NCBI RefSeq assembly: GCF_018350175.1
Contig: NC_058368.1
Location: forward strand, 204,540,001-204,604,000
Direction: 5' to 3'
Length of the DNA stretch: 64,000 bases
DNA from: Felis catus
Lineage: Eukaryota
The notes beneath the pieces are model-generated. The model searched no databases. It was given only the letters and a program-made list of their open reading frames with translations, and had not been told where the DNA came from. The position numbers and the translations under genes were made by a program. Positions 61,523-64,000 of the stretch are shown here, one piece after another; positions within the stretch are counted from its first letter, which is position 1; every line of letters begins with the position of its first letter.

Positions 61523-62711
61523 GGAGTTAGTAATTTTAAGAGACCTTACTGTTGGCCAGAATCCCAGTTAACATTTAGCTCTCCTCCCACACCTCTTGTG
61601 GTTCCAGGTGCTGAGATATTCAGCCCTAGAAGAACAGTTGAAATAAGACAAATTTGAAACATTTCCCCCTGAGATCAGATAAAGTCGGAAGGAACATGTG
61701 AGTCCTAACTGGGCCACAGTTTTGTTAGAACATTTCCTCCCTCTTTCTCATTCCTCTCCTTGGTCCCATATTTACCCTCTCTAGTACATCTTCCATCTAC
61801 CCTTTGCCAGGTGACTCCTTTTCTCAACACAATTTCTTCTTATCAAGCAAAGAATGGTCAATATTTGTTTAGTCAATAACATAAACAAGCATTAACAGGC
61901 TGAATTTCAAAAGGGAGTTTCCCCCACAGCACAGATATTATTTGCTCACAGCTCGGAGTCCAGGGATGCGGTTAGGAGGCATCCCAGGAATGGGATCGGT
62001 CAGAACTATGAGTCTTACTACCACTAAGGACGAAGGTCTGGAGGTCCTCTGGGACTGCAAGTGAAATAGCCCAGGCAGACAGTTAATCTAGTGAGTCAGG
62101 CAGAAAAAGGTGGTGGAGTCACGAGGGAGTGAAATGGTACAATTGTCCCTTTTGGAGGCTGGTTTCCCATTGTCCTTAAGCTCTGGAGTAACATCTTAAA
62201 GAATCAAAAAAAAAAACAAAAAACAAAAAACAAAAAACAAAAAACAACCTTCTTTCCCCAATAGTACCTTTCTATATGGAGAATTAGCCCTGCCCTTCTC
62301 TTTCAAATCCTCAGCCCTCTCCCGTTTCCTCCCTCCAGTATTCACTGTGTTCCAGTGTTTCGTGCTGGCCAAAAGCAAGCTCATCCTGCAAAGAGGGCAT
62401 CAGAGGATTCTGGTGGGAGGAAAAGGTAGAGAAAGGGAGAGAAGAGGTTAGAGCGTCTTTTGGAAAACTATAAAATTTGTTCTATACTTATGAAAGCACT
62501 TTATTCACGGGTAACCACAATATTTTTATAGCATGTCCAGTGAATGTTAGCACTGAAGGGATATAATTTATTTCTCTATATTTTCCACTCAAGCCCAAGC
62601 AAGGAATTTCTGTTTCTGAGCTCATATATATATTATCTTCATTTGTATCTGAGAACTTCTGCTAATAAATAAGTCAAAAACACATGTTTAGCATCATTTG
62701 TCTTCTATTTT

Positions 62712-62933
62712 TCTTAAAAAAATTTTTTTAACATGTATTTATTTTTGAGAGAGAGAGAGACAGAGCACGAGTAGGGGAGGGGAAGAGAAAGAGAGGGAGA
62801 CACAGAATCCAAAGCAGGCTCCAGGCCGGATCTGTCGGCACAGAGCCCGATGCGGGGCTTGAACTCATGAACCACGAGGTCATGACCTGAGCCGAAGGCA
62901 GACACTTAACCCACTGAGCCACACAGGTGTCCC
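62712..62933 (-). mobile_element. CanSINE
   Basis: SINE body; ctatttttc flanks. Confidence 0.92.
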
Positions 62934-63727
62934 TACTATTTTTCAATCAACTGGGGGTCAGAGATGAAAAATTCTGTCCTCTAGTTATGCATATTTATAT
63001 CTATTCAGACACACATACTTACACATCATATACCAGGCACTGTGCTATGTCGTGGGAAACAATGAAGAACAATACAGATATGGTTCTATACTGTTTTGTC
63101 CACAACCATCCCTTGTCATTCACCTGAGTCTGGAAAGGGACCAGAATGCTTTCTCAACGTATTTCTTCTAGCTGCTCCATTGGCAGCAGATGTTGTTTCA
63201 TAACTTCTTGGTGTATACTACACGACTCGGCTCACCCTTCATTATCCTCTTCTTTGAGCACCAAATTAAGTCTTGGAAGGAACCTAGGAATACATGAGGA
63301 ACTGGAATAAGATTAGGTCATTAGGGCTACAGTTCAAGTGATTAGGAACTTACCTGTGGCAGCTTGTTATCCTCCATCGAGCAGGTGGGAGATTGAACCA
63401 AGAAGCAAGACCAAATTGAGAGCTGGGATCAGCACTGGATACTCATCCCTGGTCATCCTGACAGATCAGGGGAGGCTTATTTAAGCCCATTTAAGTTGGG
63501 TGGGGCTGGATGGGAGAGGCTATAAGGGACTGGGGCTATCTTGGCTCCCAGCCTGTCTCCAATCTTAGATGACTTGACAACAGAGGGAGAGAAGCTAATC
63601 TTGCAGGGGAGAGGTGAGGGGCTTCTAGGAGAACTAGCACAGAAGGCAATGACAGAGACAGAAAAATGTGGTTGGGGAGCATTTATACTGGAAGTAATGA
63701 GACTTGGGAATCATTACATTTCCCTAG

Positions 63728-64000
63728 AGTGGTGATTCTCAGCCCTTGCTGGAGCTATGGTCATCTGGGGAAGCTTCTAGAAATACTAATGCCCAGGCAC
63801 CATGCTTCCAGACTCAATCATTGGTTAGTGTGATGCTTGAGCACTGATGTCTTTAAAGCTCTAGAGGTGGTTCTAACATGTAGCCAAAGTTGAGGACAAA
63901 CAGCATCACCATAACCTGGAACTCGATAGAAATGCAAAATCTTCAGCCACCGATCTACTGAGTCACAATCTGCATTTTAAAGAGATCCCCAGCGTTCTTG
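63728..64000. mobile_element. MER5B/MER5A-like DNA transposon fragments
   Basis: gtgattctcag...aaatactaatgcccaggc...ggtggttctaacatgtagccaaagttgag; cagcatcacc...agaaatgcaaaat...ctactgagtcacaatctgcatttt. Confidence 0.75.

Overview
Mammalian genomic DNA, almost certainly felid: about 30 tRNA-derived CanSINE/SINEC_Fc-type elements and felid-type L1. No conventional multi-exon coding gene is evident, and most ORF-track entries are repeat-derived or chance GC-rich ORFs. The main feature is a birth-and-death cluster of intronless ANXA2R (annexin A2 receptor, C5orf39)-like sequences. Three copies are clearly disabled (9032-9608 +, 15645-15984 -, ~54380-54863 -). One divergent copy has an open 177-codon frame, a TATA box and a Kozak ATG (50927-51460 -). 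Weaker relics lie at 14180-14975 and ~34720-35057. Two copies sit in the inward-facing arms of a ~14.3 kb palindrome (5500-9375 / 15650-19802) whose CpG-island and upstream blocks are nearly identical while other blocks are diverged, a gene-conversion signature. The arms carry an unexplained ~90/180-bp tandem repeat family. Also present: a TAX1BP1 processed pseudogene, a 40-nt tailless vault-RNA retrocopy, an ERVL remnant, Tigger and MER5 DNA transposons, an old ~1.9 kb direct duplication, a ~200-bp inverted repeat and orphan CpG islands. Gene and repeat names come from sequences recalled from memory and by-eye alignment; no searches were run and boundaries are approximate.
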